Source: a virus. Taken from it: DNA of 41,348 bases. Where the stretch lies: the IMG/VR virus record IMGVR_UViG_3300048609_000070; one strand, 5' to 3'. Position numbers and translations under genes: made by a program. Of the stretch, positions 1 through 8,646 are shown piece by piece. The notes below the pieces were generated by a model, which did not search any database, was not told the DNA's origin, and saw only the letters and a program-made list of their open reading frames with translations. Numbering within the stretch: the stretch's first letter is position 1; each line of letters begins with the position of its first letter.

Positions 1-120
1 GCAACCGCAGTCCTGGATGCTGCTTTAGTAGATAAACAACGGGACGACGAGAGAACTTGGGAAATCGTAAAGGCTGATTTGCAGAAGAACCGAATGTCCT
101 CCCGGAAATTAATAAAATAA
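1..120 (+). CDS. 3' end of an upstream gene (partial, ...SSRKLIK*)
   Basis: Open frame runs from the window edge to TAA at 118-120. Confidence 0.35.
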   Translation, partial: ATAVLDAALVDKQRDDERTWEIVKADLQKNRMSSRKLIK

Positions 121-128
121 GGATCCGA

Positions 129-148
129 CCTGCAGCGGAACCTGCAGG
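129..148 (+). terminator. GC hairpin CCTGCAG-N6-CTGCAGG after the upstream gene, weak T tract
   Basis: 7-bp inverted repeat directly downstream of the stop; followed by a T-rich stretch, not a clean U-run. Confidence 0.25.
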
Positions 149-237
149 ATGTTCTTTGACGCCTTGTGCATACGACTGTGTATTAGGATCGGCCGTGGCC
201 CCGGGTGACGGGGCATTAATAATGGAGAGGATTGATT

Positions 238-2070
238 ATGTATTCGACTGATGATCTCAAAAAAAGAATCAGGGACAGAGAGATTTGTATTGGTATCTTG
301 GGACTAGGATACGTTGGTCTTCCCTTGGCCGGAGCGTTTGCGGAAGCTAACTTCAAAGTCATTGGCTACGATACGGACTCTCACAAGATTGATGCGTTCT
401 TCGGAAAAGAAAATTATTTGACCCATATTGACTTTGAGAAGTTCAGGACTTTTATTGTGGAAAGTAAATTTATTCCGGTCAAGAACCATCAAGGACTGGA
501 GAGCTGTAATGTTTATATTATCTGTGTTCCGACACCTTTGACTGCTGCGCGGGAGCCCGATCTGGTATACGTTATTACATCCTGTAAGGTGATTGGAAAG
601 TACCTGAAGCGGGACGACATCGTGGTGCTGGAGTCTACGACTTACCCAGGGACAACACGGACTCTAGTCAAAGATCTCTTGAATAAACTAAGCGGACTTC
701 ATGCAGGAGTTGACTATGTTTTAGCGTTTTCTCCTGAGAGAGAGGACCCAGGAAATCCAAAATATAATCTAAAGAACACCCCCAAGGTAGTGGGTGGATT
801 GACGCCTGGATGCACGGATGTTGTCTCTTTTCTTTACTCTCATATTTGCACGGATCTGGTAGAAGTGTCTTCTCCGGATACAGCGGAGATTGTCAAGATC
901 TTTGAGAATGTATACCGATCTGTGAACATTGCTTTGGTGAATGAGCTCAAGCTTCTCTGCCACCGGATGGGAATTGATGTCTGGGAAGTCATAAGAGCTG
1001 CAGCGACCAAGCCCTTTGGCTTTCAAAAATTTGAGCCGAGTGCTGGCGTGGGTGGCCATTGCGTTGACGGTCATGAGCTTATTACATTAAAAACGAAAAA
1101 TCATCTGACGATAGATACAATAGAAAATGTTTTTATGATATACGCCAAGAGATTCAAATTTGAGGATGTGATCAACGATGTTGCTGTCATTCAACCCGTG
1201 GATGTAGAAATCCTTTCATTTGATCCTAAAGATAAAGACGTCTGTTGGAGAAAACTGACGCATCTTTTCCGGAGGTCTGGAAGTTTCAATATACTAGAAT
1301 TTGAATTTATGGGTGGAGAGAAATTGTCTGTAACGGATGGACATCCTGTATTTGACATCCAGAAAATGCCTTGGAAGATTATTTTGGCCAGACAGCTTAA
1401 CCGTGATGATCTATTTCCTCAAGTGGATGTGAGTAAGTATCTTCGATCAGACAACTTTGAGGATACAAGCGTTGTCGAATTTACGTGTGCGAGAATCAAA
1501 GACATCCAGAAGAAAGAAACAGAGTTGGTTTATTCCGTTGAAGTGGACGGAACAAAGACGTTTGTAACTTCCCATGGGTTTGTCCTCCACAACTGTATTC
1601 CGCTCGATCCTTTCTACTTGACGTGGAGGGCGAGAGAGTTTGGGATGCAGACCAAGTTTATCGAGCTCTCTGGAGAAATAAATTCAAAGATGCCTGAGTA
1701 TGTGTTTTCTAGGATCCAGTATGCGCTCAACTTGGTCAAGAAGAGTGTCAGTGGATCAGATGTCCTTGTGATGGGTGTTGCTTATAAGAAGAATATTGGA
1801 GATATTCGAGAAAGCCCATCTCTTACTATTCTAGAAATGCTCGTGGAATCTCACGCTAACGTTTTTTGGTGTGACCCTTATGTAGAATCTGTCCCTGTTG
1901 CCGGTGTACAAAAGGTTCCTGATACAACCGATGTTACAATCTTTGACTGTGTGATCATATTGACAGCGCATGATTGCATTGAATACAAAAAGTTTACTAA
2001 AAATAATTGCTTGATTGTAGATACCCGTGGAGTAATTCCAAGAGAGTATCCAAAGTTGGTGCCTGCGTGA
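238..2070 (+). CDS. UDP-glucose/GDP-mannose dehydrogenase-family nucleotide-sugar dehydrogenase carrying an intein
   Basis: N-terminal Rossmann motif GILGLGYVGLPLA. C-terminal UDPG_MGDP_dh_C-like VMGVAYKKNIGDIRESPS. The catalytic GGxC motif is split (GVGGH | intein | CIPLDPFYL). RBS GGAGAGG 7 nt before ATG 238 (the ORF track starts at TTG 232). Confidence 0.85.
   Translation: MYSTDDLKKRIRDREICIGILGLGYVGLPLAGAFAEANFKVIGYDTDSHKIDAFFGKENYLTHIDFEKFRTFIVESKFIPVKNHQGLESCNVYIICVPTPLTAAREPDLVYVITSCKVIGKYLKRDDIVVLESTTYPGTTRTLVKDLLNKLSGLHAGVDYVLAFSPEREDPGNPKYNLKNTPKVVGGLTPGCTDVVSFLYSHICTDLVEVSSPDTAEIVKIFENVYRSVNIALVNELKLLCHRMGIDVWEVIRAAATKPFGFQKFEPSAGVGGHCVDGHELITLKTKNHLTIDTIENVFMIYAKRFKFEDVINDVAVIQPVDVEILSFDPKDKDVCWRKLTHLFRRSGSFNILEFEFMGGEKLSVTDGHPVFDIQKMPWKIILARQLNRDDLFPQVDVSKYLRSDNFEDTSVVEFTCARIKDIQKKETELVYSVEVDGTKTFVTSHGFVLHNCIPLDPFYLTWRAREFGMQTKFIELSGEINSKMPEYVFSRIQYALNLVKKSVSGSDVLVMGVAYKKNIGDIRESPSLTILEMLVESHANVFWCDPYVESVPVAGVQKVPDTTDVTIFDCVIILTAHDCIEYKKFTKNNCLIVDTRGVIPREYPKLVPA
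1060..1593 (+). other. Mini-intein (178 aa, no homing-endonuclease domain) in the dehydrogenase active site
   Basis: Starts with Cys (CVDGHELITL, block A-like). Block B GEKLSVTDGHPVF (TxxH). C-terminal VYSVEVDGTKTFVTSHGFVLHN followed by +1 Cys. Removing it restores GVGGH-CIPLDPFYL, matching the GGSCFPKD catalytic motif of UDP-glucose dehydrogenases. Confidence 0.8.
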
Positions 2071-2508
2071 ATATATTATTTACAGATGAGAGTGCATCCA
2101 GGCATGACTTCTTTTGTTTCAAGCATCATGTGAATTTTCCCTGTACGTGTCGGCATAAAGATTATTGGATTTACCATGCGCTGAATCTTTATCATGCACA
2201 AAGATATCTGGACTATCAGGACTTTGGGTTCGACCTTGTATACTTGGGTATTTCCCGAAAAGGAAATGAGGAGGAGCTTCCTGTCTTTATAAATAAACTT
2301 TCGCAGATAGATAAGATTCCGCTTCGTGTCGTGATCCACACAAATGAGTCCTTTTCCGCAGATTTCTTACGAAATCTCTGCGCGTCTCATTCCTTGGAAG
2401 TTTGTTTTTCGCCTTTTCCTGTAAAATAATGTTTGACAAAAATCTCCTGGATGCTAGAATACTGCTCGGAAAAGTAGCTGCAGGAACGTCTGCAAGATTG
2501 GGCAAAGG

Positions 2509-2964
2509 ATGACTGAACTGGAACCAGAGGCAGAAGCGACGGGAGGGAGTGTAGAAAAATCGGATTATTTGGATGGGACAATCATCGAGATTATCCCGAA
2601 GAGGATCACGAGAGAAGAACTGAAAAATAGGATCGTTGCGATCGTGAGCAGATGGGAAGCTCAGAATCCAAATGCTTGTTTGGGGGATGGAGAACAGATC
2701 CAGTATTACTTATCTCGGAAGGTAGCGAGGCGAACGATCTATGAGCTATTGGTAGAGCTCGGCAAAGAAGAACGACTATTTGTCGAGAAGTACAGCTATC
2801 TACCTCCAGGAAAGAAGAAACTTGCGAAGAATCCCATGAGCTATTTCCTTGTGGGGGCTTCTTTTTGGGGAGAACATGGATATTTTGAGCGCACTGTGCG
2901 CGTGCTTGACGACAATTTCTTCAGAGATTCCAGCGGAAGGCTCCTGAAAATAAGCATTGACTAA
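2509..2964 (+). CDS. hypothetical protein
   Basis: 151-aa ORF with protein-like composition; weak RBS. Confidence 0.45.
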   Translation: MTELEPEAEATGGSVEKSDYLDGTIIEIIPKRITREELKNRIVAIVSRWEAQNPNACLGDGEQIQYYLSRKVARRTIYELLVELGKEERLFVEKYSYLPPGKKKLAKNPMSYFLVGASFWGEHGYFERTVRVLDDNFFRDSSGRLLKISID

Positions 2965-2982
2965 TGTGAATTCACCGCTATA

Positions 2983-3429
2983 ATGCTTTCTGGAAGGAGA
3001 ATTACGGTGTACGGAATAGAAGATCCTACGACCGGAGATTTCGAGGTATTCTTTTTAACTGACGAGAAAACAGGAGCGCGCATTTACGATAGCGTATGCA
3101 AAGTTGCCTGCGGTGCATGCTGTAGGCATTGGACAAAGGTTAGGGAGCTGCAGCACCTTGTTGGAGGGAATCTAACGAAGAAATGTCCAATGCTCCGTGA
3201 GAACGGATGCCGTTTGAAGCGGCAAAAGATGCCTGGTATTTGCAAATCATATTTGTGTGAGCTTGGGATGCTTGTGAAGGTGGGTCTGGCTACATTGGAA
3301 GAAGCAAATAAGTGTGTTGAGCTTGGTATGCAAGATCATGCAGCACGGGAGTTGAGGAAAAAGTTTCCTGTGCAGCGTAGGGAGACGATCGATGCTAAAA
3401 AAATCTTGTCAGATCTTGGGTGGAGCTGA
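2983..3429 (+). CDS. YkgJ/UPF0153-type putative Zn/Fe-chelating Cys-cluster protein
   Basis: CKVACGACC ... CPMLRENGCRLKRQKMPGICKSYLC matches the CxxCGxCC ... CPFL..gC...RP.C pattern of the family. Confidence 0.55.
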   Translation: MLSGRRITVYGIEDPTTGDFEVFFLTDEKTGARIYDSVCKVACGACCRHWTKVRELQHLVGGNLTKKCPMLRENGCRLKRQKMPGICKSYLCELGMLVKVGLATLEEANKCVELGMQDHAARELRKKFPVQRRETIDAKKILSDLGWS

Positions 3430-3430
3430 C

Positions 3431-3682
3431 ATGGACTCTTTTGTAAAATGTGTGATCTGGCCGAAAGAACCCAGAGGTGATGCGAATCGTTACGTTGTGG
3501 TGGGTATGATCGTCACTTCAAAACCTATAGCGCGTTTGGAAAAGAAAAATAAGGAGGGTATTACAGAGTGGATCGGAGAAGGAATTCTGTTGGATAATTT
3601 TCTTGAAACGATTCCTGTTCGTTCGTCAAGGATAAGAACGGGTGATGCGACAGATGTTCTTCTCAGCCTGACCGACCTTTGA
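3431..3682 (+). CDS. hypothetical protein
   Basis: ATG 2 nt after the previous stop, RBS GGTGGAG; ends 6 nt before the tRNA. Confidence 0.45.
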   Translation: MDSFVKCVIWPKEPRGDANRYVVVGMIVTSKPIARLEKKNKEGITEWIGEGILLDNFLETIPVRSSRIRTGDATDVLLSLTDL

Positions 3683-3688
3683 AAATTT

Positions 3689-3760
3689 GCCCTGGTAGCT
3701 CAATGGTAGAGCGGCGGACTGTTAATCCGCGTATAGATGTTCGATCCATCTCCGGGGCGT
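3689..3760 (+). tRNA. tRNA-Asn (anticodon GTT)
   Basis: Cloverleaf read by eye: acceptor GCCCTGG/CCGGGGC (one G-U), D arm TAGCTCAATGGTAGAGC, anticodon stem GCGGA/TCCGC with loop CTGTTAA, T arm AGATG-TTCGATC-CATCT. No encoded CCA. Confidence 0.8.
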
Positions 3761-3783
3761 TGCCTACGTATTAGGGAGGAAAA

Positions 3784-4035
3784 ATGACAAAGGAAAAAAT
3801 GATCACCGAATTTCAGTGCCCTGGGTGTGTAAACGGAATAGAAGTTTCGACGTGTAAAAATTACATGTTTGCGGATTCTCTTGATGGTGCATTTCGATGC
3901 GCAATGCATGTTCCTGGAACAGGTAAGCTTGGTGCTGGTTTATTTTTTCTCGGACTACCAAACGGTTTTAATAAAGTTAGCCACATGGTGCAATCTTTTG
4001 GATGGTCCATTCGACTTTGGAAGTCCCGTGATTGA
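3784..4035 (+). CDS. hypothetical Cys-containing small protein; probably continues in the +1 frame to 4111 (see finding)
   Basis: Strong RBS AGGGAGGAAAAATG. Frame-1 ORF 3784-4035 and frame-2 ORF 3869-4111 overlap; their protein-like parts join at a T4 run near 3996-3999. Confidence 0.45.
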   Translation: MTKEKMITEFQCPGCVNGIEVSTCKNYMFADSLDGAFRCAMHVPGTGKLGAGLFFLGLPNGFNKVSHMVQSFGWSIRLWKSRD

Positions 4036-4112
4036 ATCAGCGAAACTTAGTGATATTCCGGAAATTTTCAAGGTCTTGAACGTTGCAGATTTTATGGATA
4101 AGATCGATTAAA

Positions 4113-4487
4113 ATGTCTGCATTCACGCTCGCAAGCTTTCGTTATCCTCGGTTGTGGGATCGTGTTGTCAACCGCTCTCACCTCATTAATAATCTCTTGA
4201 ATTCTCGTTACGCAGCAATTAGCATTTGCAGCAATGTTTGTTCGAAAAAAGATATTACAGAAGTGCTCATTGCGCTCAGGTCTGCTATCTCTTCTGATTT
4301 TTTTCTTCCGAAGGTTATTCACATCCACGAAACAGACCAAAAAACTCACGATAAAATTGTCCGTGCTGTTGCATTTCTTATCGAGAAGGCAAAGTCCAAA
4401 AATCCTGCGTATGCGAAAAGCGGACCTAATATTATATCGTGGGACACAGTTATTAAAGGGAAATTTTATGCGGTTAATTACTGGTGA
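4113..4487 (+). CDS. hypothetical protein
   Basis: ATG follows the preceding TAA directly (TAAAATG); 125 aa. Confidence 0.45.
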   Translation: MSAFTLASFRYPRLWDRVVNRSHLINNLLNSRYAAISICSNVCSKKDITEVLIALRSAISSDFFLPKVIHIHETDQKTHDKIVRAVAFLIEKAKSKNPAYAKSGPNIISWDTVIKGKFYAVNYW

Positions 4488-5037
4488 TATTTTTGATCCA
4501 AAGACATATCTTTCGAAAATTGGAACGAAGAATTTTGCCATTGCGATCACGACCAATGGCTTTATAAAAAACACGGGTGAGTCCGTAATGGGAAGAGGAG
4601 TTGCTGCACAAGCATGCCGTTTATTTCCGAATCTTCCTGCTTGTGTTGGTCTTGCAACGAGAGAGACAAAGAACCGTCCTGCTTTTTTATTCTACTGGCT
4701 CCGTGAGAATATATCTATTGGAGTTTTTACTTTTCCTGTCAAACCTGACAAGGTAGTCGTTAACAGCAATAATATTGTTAGTTGGAACAGAGACAAGTTT
4801 AGTGAAGGAGATACCGCTCCTGGGTGGGCAGCGAAGGCAGATCTTTCTATTATCGTCCGCTCTTGGAAATGCCTGCAGTACCTGATTGCAGCATGCCCAA
4901 GATTCCGTAAATTTGAAGCAGTGATTATTCCAAAGCCAGGTTGTGGAGCCGGAGAGCTAGAGTGGGAAGAAGTAGAATCTGCACTTGATTCTACGAAGAT
5001 ACTCCACAGAAAATTTTATATTATAGATAGGGAATAA
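4468..5037 (+). CDS. macro-domain-like (ADP-ribose-binding/processing) protein
   Basis: MRLITGDIF...FAIAITTNGFIKNTGESVMGRGVAAQA parallels macro-domain GDIT...AIVNAAN..LLGGGGVDGAI. ATG 4468 with AAAGGG upstream; overlaps the previous gene end. Confidence 0.5.
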   Translation: MRLITGDIFDPKTYLSKIGTKNFAIAITTNGFIKNTGESVMGRGVAAQACRLFPNLPACVGLATRETKNRPAFLFYWLRENISIGVFTFPVKPDKVVVNSNNIVSWNRDKFSEGDTAPGWAAKADLSIIVRSWKCLQYLIAACPRFRKFEAVIIPKPGCGAGELEWEEVESALDSTKILHRKFYIIDRE

Positions 5038-5038
5038 T

Positions 5039-5221
5039 ATGATTGCTATTCTCTGCTTCTTTATGTCGATGCTTCTTTTGATAGCGATACGGGAAAATTT
5101 GGTTGAAAGAGAACTGCCTGGTTGGCAAAGAAAAACCCGTATACGTTATTTTATTGTTGGGATTCTTTTTCTAGCTGCATCTGTTTTATTACTTTTTCAG
5201 CTACTGAAGATTAACTGCTAG
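5039..5221 (+). CDS. small membrane protein (2 predicted TM helices)
   Basis: 60-aa hydrophobic ORF starting 2 nt after the previous stop. Confidence 0.45.
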   Translation: MIAILCFFMSMLLLIAIRENLVERELPGWQRKTRIRYFIVGILFLAASVLLLFQLLKINC

Positions 5222-5265
5222 GTTTGGAAAGAGCTTGGAGTCGTTCGATCACAGATGGCTTTGTC

Positions 5266-5487
5266 CTAATTATCTTTTTCAAAATCTTGATTATTTTTTT
5301 TCGGAACATGGGGCCTCCAAAGCTCTTTGTAGCCCAAGCCACAAAATAGCATGAGCGCAAACATGTGGCTGATTGCATCGATTGGGTTCACGCACTCGTG
5401 CCCCCATGCAGCTACGCCATATTGTATAAGAATGCCTATGGGGAGAAGCACCAGAGTAGCTATCAAAAACGTTTTTCTGAATTTCAT
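5266..5487 (-). CDS. small membrane protein
   Basis: 73 aa with two hydrophobic segments; ends next to the preceding gene's start. Confidence 0.5.
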   Translation of the reverse strand: MKFRKTFLIATLVLLPIGILIQYGVAAWGHECVNPIDAISHMFALMLFCGLGYKELWRPHVPKKNNQDFEKDN

Positions 5488-5491
5488 TAGA

Positions 5492-6355
5492 TTACTCCCT
5501 TCCTGCTGTTATAACACACGTATCGTCTTCCCCGTCTCCGTCTGTGTCCATCCAATAGCTGGATGACTCTGAATCGTGGAAAGGATCGATGGGTCCGACA
5601 GGACCCATTCCTTCGTAAAGTGGAGTACAAGAGTGTCCTGGAGGACAAAAGTGGTGGTCTGCTCCATAAGGACCAGGGGATACCGGCTCTGGTCTATTTT
5701 TCCATTCCTGTTCTCGTCTTTCTTCGATGGCAACTCGTTCGACCCGATCGGACAATCGGATCATGTTTCTTGCAGAGCACGAGATTGTTGCAATCACCGC
5801 TGCGCTGCAGACCCAGCCAGCGCTTAGTCCACATGCGAGGGCTGTTCCAACGAACTCGGCAGTGAGATCTACGCTGATTCCAAATGCTTCTATTCCTAGT
5901 TTTGCTTTTTCATAGGGCAGGCTACGCAAAGAATTGTAATATTGTCGGTATGCATCTAATGATTCTTTGATTTCCTGAAGCGTAGTCTCGAATCCTGGAG
6001 TCATCTTATTTCTAAGAACCAGTCCTTTGTTGATATCGATGACGATGCTGGAGTTTCCTTTGACTCCCATCCATGTTGAGATTGTGAGGATTCCATTCTT
6101 TTCGGAGAACATCCCGAGAAAGAGTTCGTCTGCTTTTTCCATACTGCCATAGACTCCGAGGCTATGTCCGGTAGCTGAGACTGAAGTATAGTCTCCCGGG
6201 ATTGCCTCAGTGGTTGAGAAGACTTTCCATTCAAGGTTCTTGATCCCTGTCCTTGCCTCCAGGGTCTTGGAGACGAAGTGGGCGTCAACAGGGAAAGCTC
6301 TGCTTTCTTCTATGGGGACAACCCCAAGTAGAAGGATGCTGATTGCGGCTATCAT
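5492..6355 (-). CDS. secreted or membrane-anchored protein, unknown function
   Basis: N-terminal signal peptide MIAAISILLLGVVP; RBS AAAGGAG 7 nt upstream; 287 aa with an acidic C-terminus. Confidence 0.6.
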   Translation of the reverse strand: MIAAISILLLGVVPIEESRAFPVDAHFVSKTLEARTGIKNLEWKVFSTTEAIPGDYTSVSATGHSLGVYGSMEKADELFLGMFSEKNGILTISTWMGVKGNSSIVIDINKGLVLRNKMTPGFETTLQEIKESLDAYRQYYNSLRSLPYEKAKLGIEAFGISVDLTAEFVGTALACGLSAGWVCSAAVIATISCSARNMIRLSDRVERVAIEERREQEWKNRPEPVSPGPYGADHHFCPPGHSCTPLYEGMGPVGPIDPFHDSESSSYWMDTDGDGEDDTCVITAGRE

Positions 6356-6461
6356 GCGGTACTCCTTTTAAAGATAAATTAGCTCAACTCCGTATTTAGG
6401 TAACGTTTCCTCCTTTCGTCTTCTGTCATACCAGTTAGATTCTTCTTTTGCAAAAAAATTC

Positions 6462-6490
6462 TTGACAGCTCCTTGCCTTTCTGCTAACCT
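6462..6490 (+). promoter_or_regulatory. sigma70-like promoter TTGACA-17-TAACCT
   Basis: Consensus -35 hexamer at 6462-6467, TAACCT at 6485-6490, upstream of gene 6623-6895. Confidence 0.3.
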
Positions 6491-6537
6491 TCCAGATTGC
6501 GTGGGTTGCTGGCGACGACCCTCCCTCCCTGACAACG

Positions 6538-6570
6538 CCCCCATCGTTCTTGGTGGGGGCACTTTTTTGT
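6538..6570 (+). other. leader hairpin CCCCCA-N10-TGGGGG followed by a T6 run (attenuator/terminator-like)
   Basis: G/C stem with T-run sits between the putative promoter and the RBS of 6623-6895. Confidence 0.3.
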
Positions 6571-6622
6571 CCTTGACTTCTGGTGAAATTTCCTGCAAGA
6601 CTAATGGACAAGGAGGTTCAAG

Positions 6623-6895
6623 ATGGGCGACATTATTTCTATCCCGCAAGACTGCGGGTCTTCCGGTGAAATTGAAGTCAAGGCAGGGCAGATCTGGGAG
6701 AACACAGATCGAAGGTCCAAGTACCCAAAGCTTCAGATCGTAGAAGTGGTCACGGTTGATGGCGTTGGGTATGCAGTCGTGAAATACCTCGACTATCACC
6801 AAATGAAGGTCCGCCTCGACCGATTCAAAAAGAGCAGTCGCGGATACCGGCTTATCCAGGACGCACCAACCAGCACGTCAGCGCAAGCTGTCTAG
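6623..6895 (+). CDS. hypothetical protein
   Basis: Excellent RBS AAGGAGG 6 nt before ATG; 90 aa. Confidence 0.6.
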   Translation: MGDIISIPQDCGSSGEIEVKAGQIWENTDRRSKYPKLQIVEVVTVDGVGYAVVKYLDYHQMKVRLDRFKKSSRGYRLIQDAPTSTSAQAV

Positions 6896-7095
6896 CACGT
6901 ATTTTGTCGGGGGTATCCAAAGATAAGCTCTTCGACTACAATGTTCGCTCTCCATCCGATCGATTCCTTCGATAGCGCCTTTGAGTAAGTCCAGCACGCG
7001 AAATAGGGGTAATACTTCTGGAGTGCCTCCGACATGGCTGTTCGGACATCCTGTTCTAGCATCTCTTTTGGGAAAATGAAGCAGATTGTTTCCAT
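6892..7095 (-). CDS. hypothetical small protein
   Basis: 67-aa ORF convergent with 6623-6895; weak RBS. Its start lies 25 bp from the palindrome at 7121-7140. Confidence 0.35.
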   Translation of the reverse strand: METICFIFPKEMLEQDVRTAMSEALQKYYPYFACWTYSKALSKESIGWRANIVVEELIFGYPRQNTC

Positions 7096-7120
7096 GCTAT
7101 ATTATCGCATCTGACTTTAT

Positions 7121-7140
7121 TTTTGTCCAATTGGACAAAA
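7121..7140. promoter_or_regulatory. perfect 20-bp palindrome TTTTGTCCAATTGGACAAAA (operator-like)
   Basis: Read directly; in the divergent region between 6892-7095(-) and 7206-7562(+), next to a TATAAT at 7181-7186. The half-site TTGTCCAATT recurs at 9052-9061. Confidence 0.5.
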
Positions 7141-7205
7141 CCCCTCCAAGATACGATAACCTAAAGGAAGCGAATCGTGCTATAATGAAAGAAGGAGACG
7201 AAGCC

Positions 7206-7562
7206 ATGCTCCGATTAGTGAAGGAGGTCGATCATGTTCTGGAGACAACGACGGGAGAGATTCCGGATCAAGAGACGGCCTTTTCGACCGGCAAAACTGA
7301 TGCTATCATCCGATTACGACAGTTTATTTCTCAAGCTGTCGGTCAACTTTTTCTGGGTTTTGATGGAAAAACGTGGAGTTTCCGAGGCCCCGGTCTATCT
7401 GGCAAGGCTCGGGCGCTGCTAGAGAGCCAGATGCCATTTTACCTGGAGCATCTCGATCGGCATTTCAATGCGGATCAGATTTTGACCTGCATCTTCCGCT
7501 ACCCGAGAGTCTGGAAAAATTTTTGGGATCACAAGGAAAAACTGCACCTGAAATCATTTTAG
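7206..7562 (+). CDS. hypothetical protein
   Basis: RBS GAAGGAG 8 nt before ATG 7206 (the ORF track begins earlier at 7086); 118 aa. Confidence 0.55.
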   Translation: MLRLVKEVDHVLETTTGEIPDQETAFSTGKTDAIIRLRQFISQAVGQLFLGFDGKTWSFRGPGLSGKARALLESQMPFYLEHLDRHFNADQILTCIFRYPRVWKNFWDHKEKLHLKSF

Positions 7563-8567
7563 ATATACTACACTGGTTCCCCGAACGAGCTTCCTGTTAA
7601 CCGAAGTACTCTGAACGAAAATGTCCCAATTTGCGTGATTTCCTGGCTTGACCTTGACATTCCCAGCCGGAAGGCCCAAGATCTTTCTTGCGTCCTCTCC
7701 TGCGTACACCGCGTCTTTTCCTTTCTCGATCAGAATAATTTGTTTGTAGGATTGCACGGTTTCAGTTTTCATCAGTTGGTAGAAGGCATTCCCTTTCTTG
7801 TAGGTCTGCTTGCTTTTTTCTTCGCAGAAGATCCGGATCTCACATTCACGCGGAACCTGCCAAATGTTTACTTTACTCCGGATGTCTTCCAGCGTTTTTT
7901 GTATGGTCGTTGGAGAGATCTTGCTGAGGTCTGTCACGAAGAAATCTTTGACGGAGCTCTTCCCGGAGGACCGGTGCGTGTAGTAGGAACTGATCCCCGT
8001 CGAGACAGCTTGGGAGGCGTCTTGCAACCCCCTGGCGGTCAATGCCCACTCCTTTACGTTCCCATCCGGGATACTGAATGTGGCGCAGAACCGCTTGGCG
8101 TGCCCTGGAGGCAGAAGAAAAGCGAAGCTCCACCTATCTGTCTTTTGCACTTCATGGATGAGGTTGTTGAGAACCGCTGAATCGTTGAACTCAAACGAAG
8201 CGTTCTCTTCCCCGTCGGTGATGATCACAAGCATGAAGGAAACATTCTTATCTTCGACATCTGGTCTCTGGAGGAGCTTTTTGACAGTCTTGCCCACTGC
8301 ATCAAAGAGTGGCGTTCCTCCGCTTGGTTGATATTCCTGGTAGTCGTAAGTCTTGAGTGTTTTTGCATTTTGGCAAAAGTACTCTTCTTTAATGTCTCCT
8401 CCGAAGGTAACCAATGTGACCGTAGCTTCTTGGTCGCTCTTTTCTGCTCCTTCACGGATTGCCGTTGCGTTCATGTTGAAAGCGTCAACGGCTTGCCGTT
8501 GAATCGGCTGCATCGAACCGCTGCGATCTAGGAAAACCACAAAATGGTTTATGAGCTTTTCAGCCAT
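7554..8567 (-). CDS. von Willebrand factor A (vWA) domain protein with MIDAS motif
   Basis: VVFLDRSGSM (DxSxS) ... GGTPL ... VIITDGEEN. RBS AAGGAG upstream; 337 aa. Confidence 0.8.
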   Translation of the reverse strand: MAEKLINHFVVFLDRSGSMQPIQRQAVDAFNMNATAIREGAEKSDQEATVTLVTFGGDIKEEYFCQNAKTLKTYDYQEYQPSGGTPLFDAVGKTVKKLLQRPDVEDKNVSFMLVIITDGEENASFEFNDSAVLNNLIHEVQKTDRWSFAFLLPPGHAKRFCATFSIPDGNVKEWALTARGLQDASQAVSTGISSYYTHRSSGKSSVKDFFVTDLSKISPTTIQKTLEDIRSKVNIWQVPRECEIRIFCEEKSKQTYKKGNAFYQLMKTETVQSYKQIILIEKGKDAVYAGEDARKILGLPAGNVKVKPGNHANWDIFVQSTSVNRKLVRGTSVVYLK

Positions 8568-8611
8568 CGTATTTCTCCTTGTTTTTTGGAGATTATACGA
8601 TTTAATTGGAT

Positions 8612-8646
8612 TAAATGCAAAAAGAACGGGCCACCTGGCCCGTTCT
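8612..8646 (-). terminator. rho-independent terminator for 8673-8990
   Basis: Perfect 11-bp stem AAGAACGGGCC/GGCCCGTTCTT with loop ACCT. On the minus strand the stem is followed by TTTTTGCATTT. Confidence 0.6.

Noticed and set aside
2007-2429. 140-aa ORF overlapping the end of the dehydrogenase gene
   Set aside because: It has no ATG or RBS downstream of the dehydrogenase stop and the only Met is inside the upstream gene. It may be a real small gene with a non-ATG start, but I could not support it.
4092-4574. 160-aa minus-strand ORF
   Set aside because: It is antisense to plus-strand genes 4113-4487 and 4468-5037, is R/F-rich junk-like, and has no RBS.
7635-8180. 181-aa plus-strand ORF
   Set aside because: It is antisense to the vWA gene, which has a clear MIDAS motif and RBS, and it has no RBS of its own.
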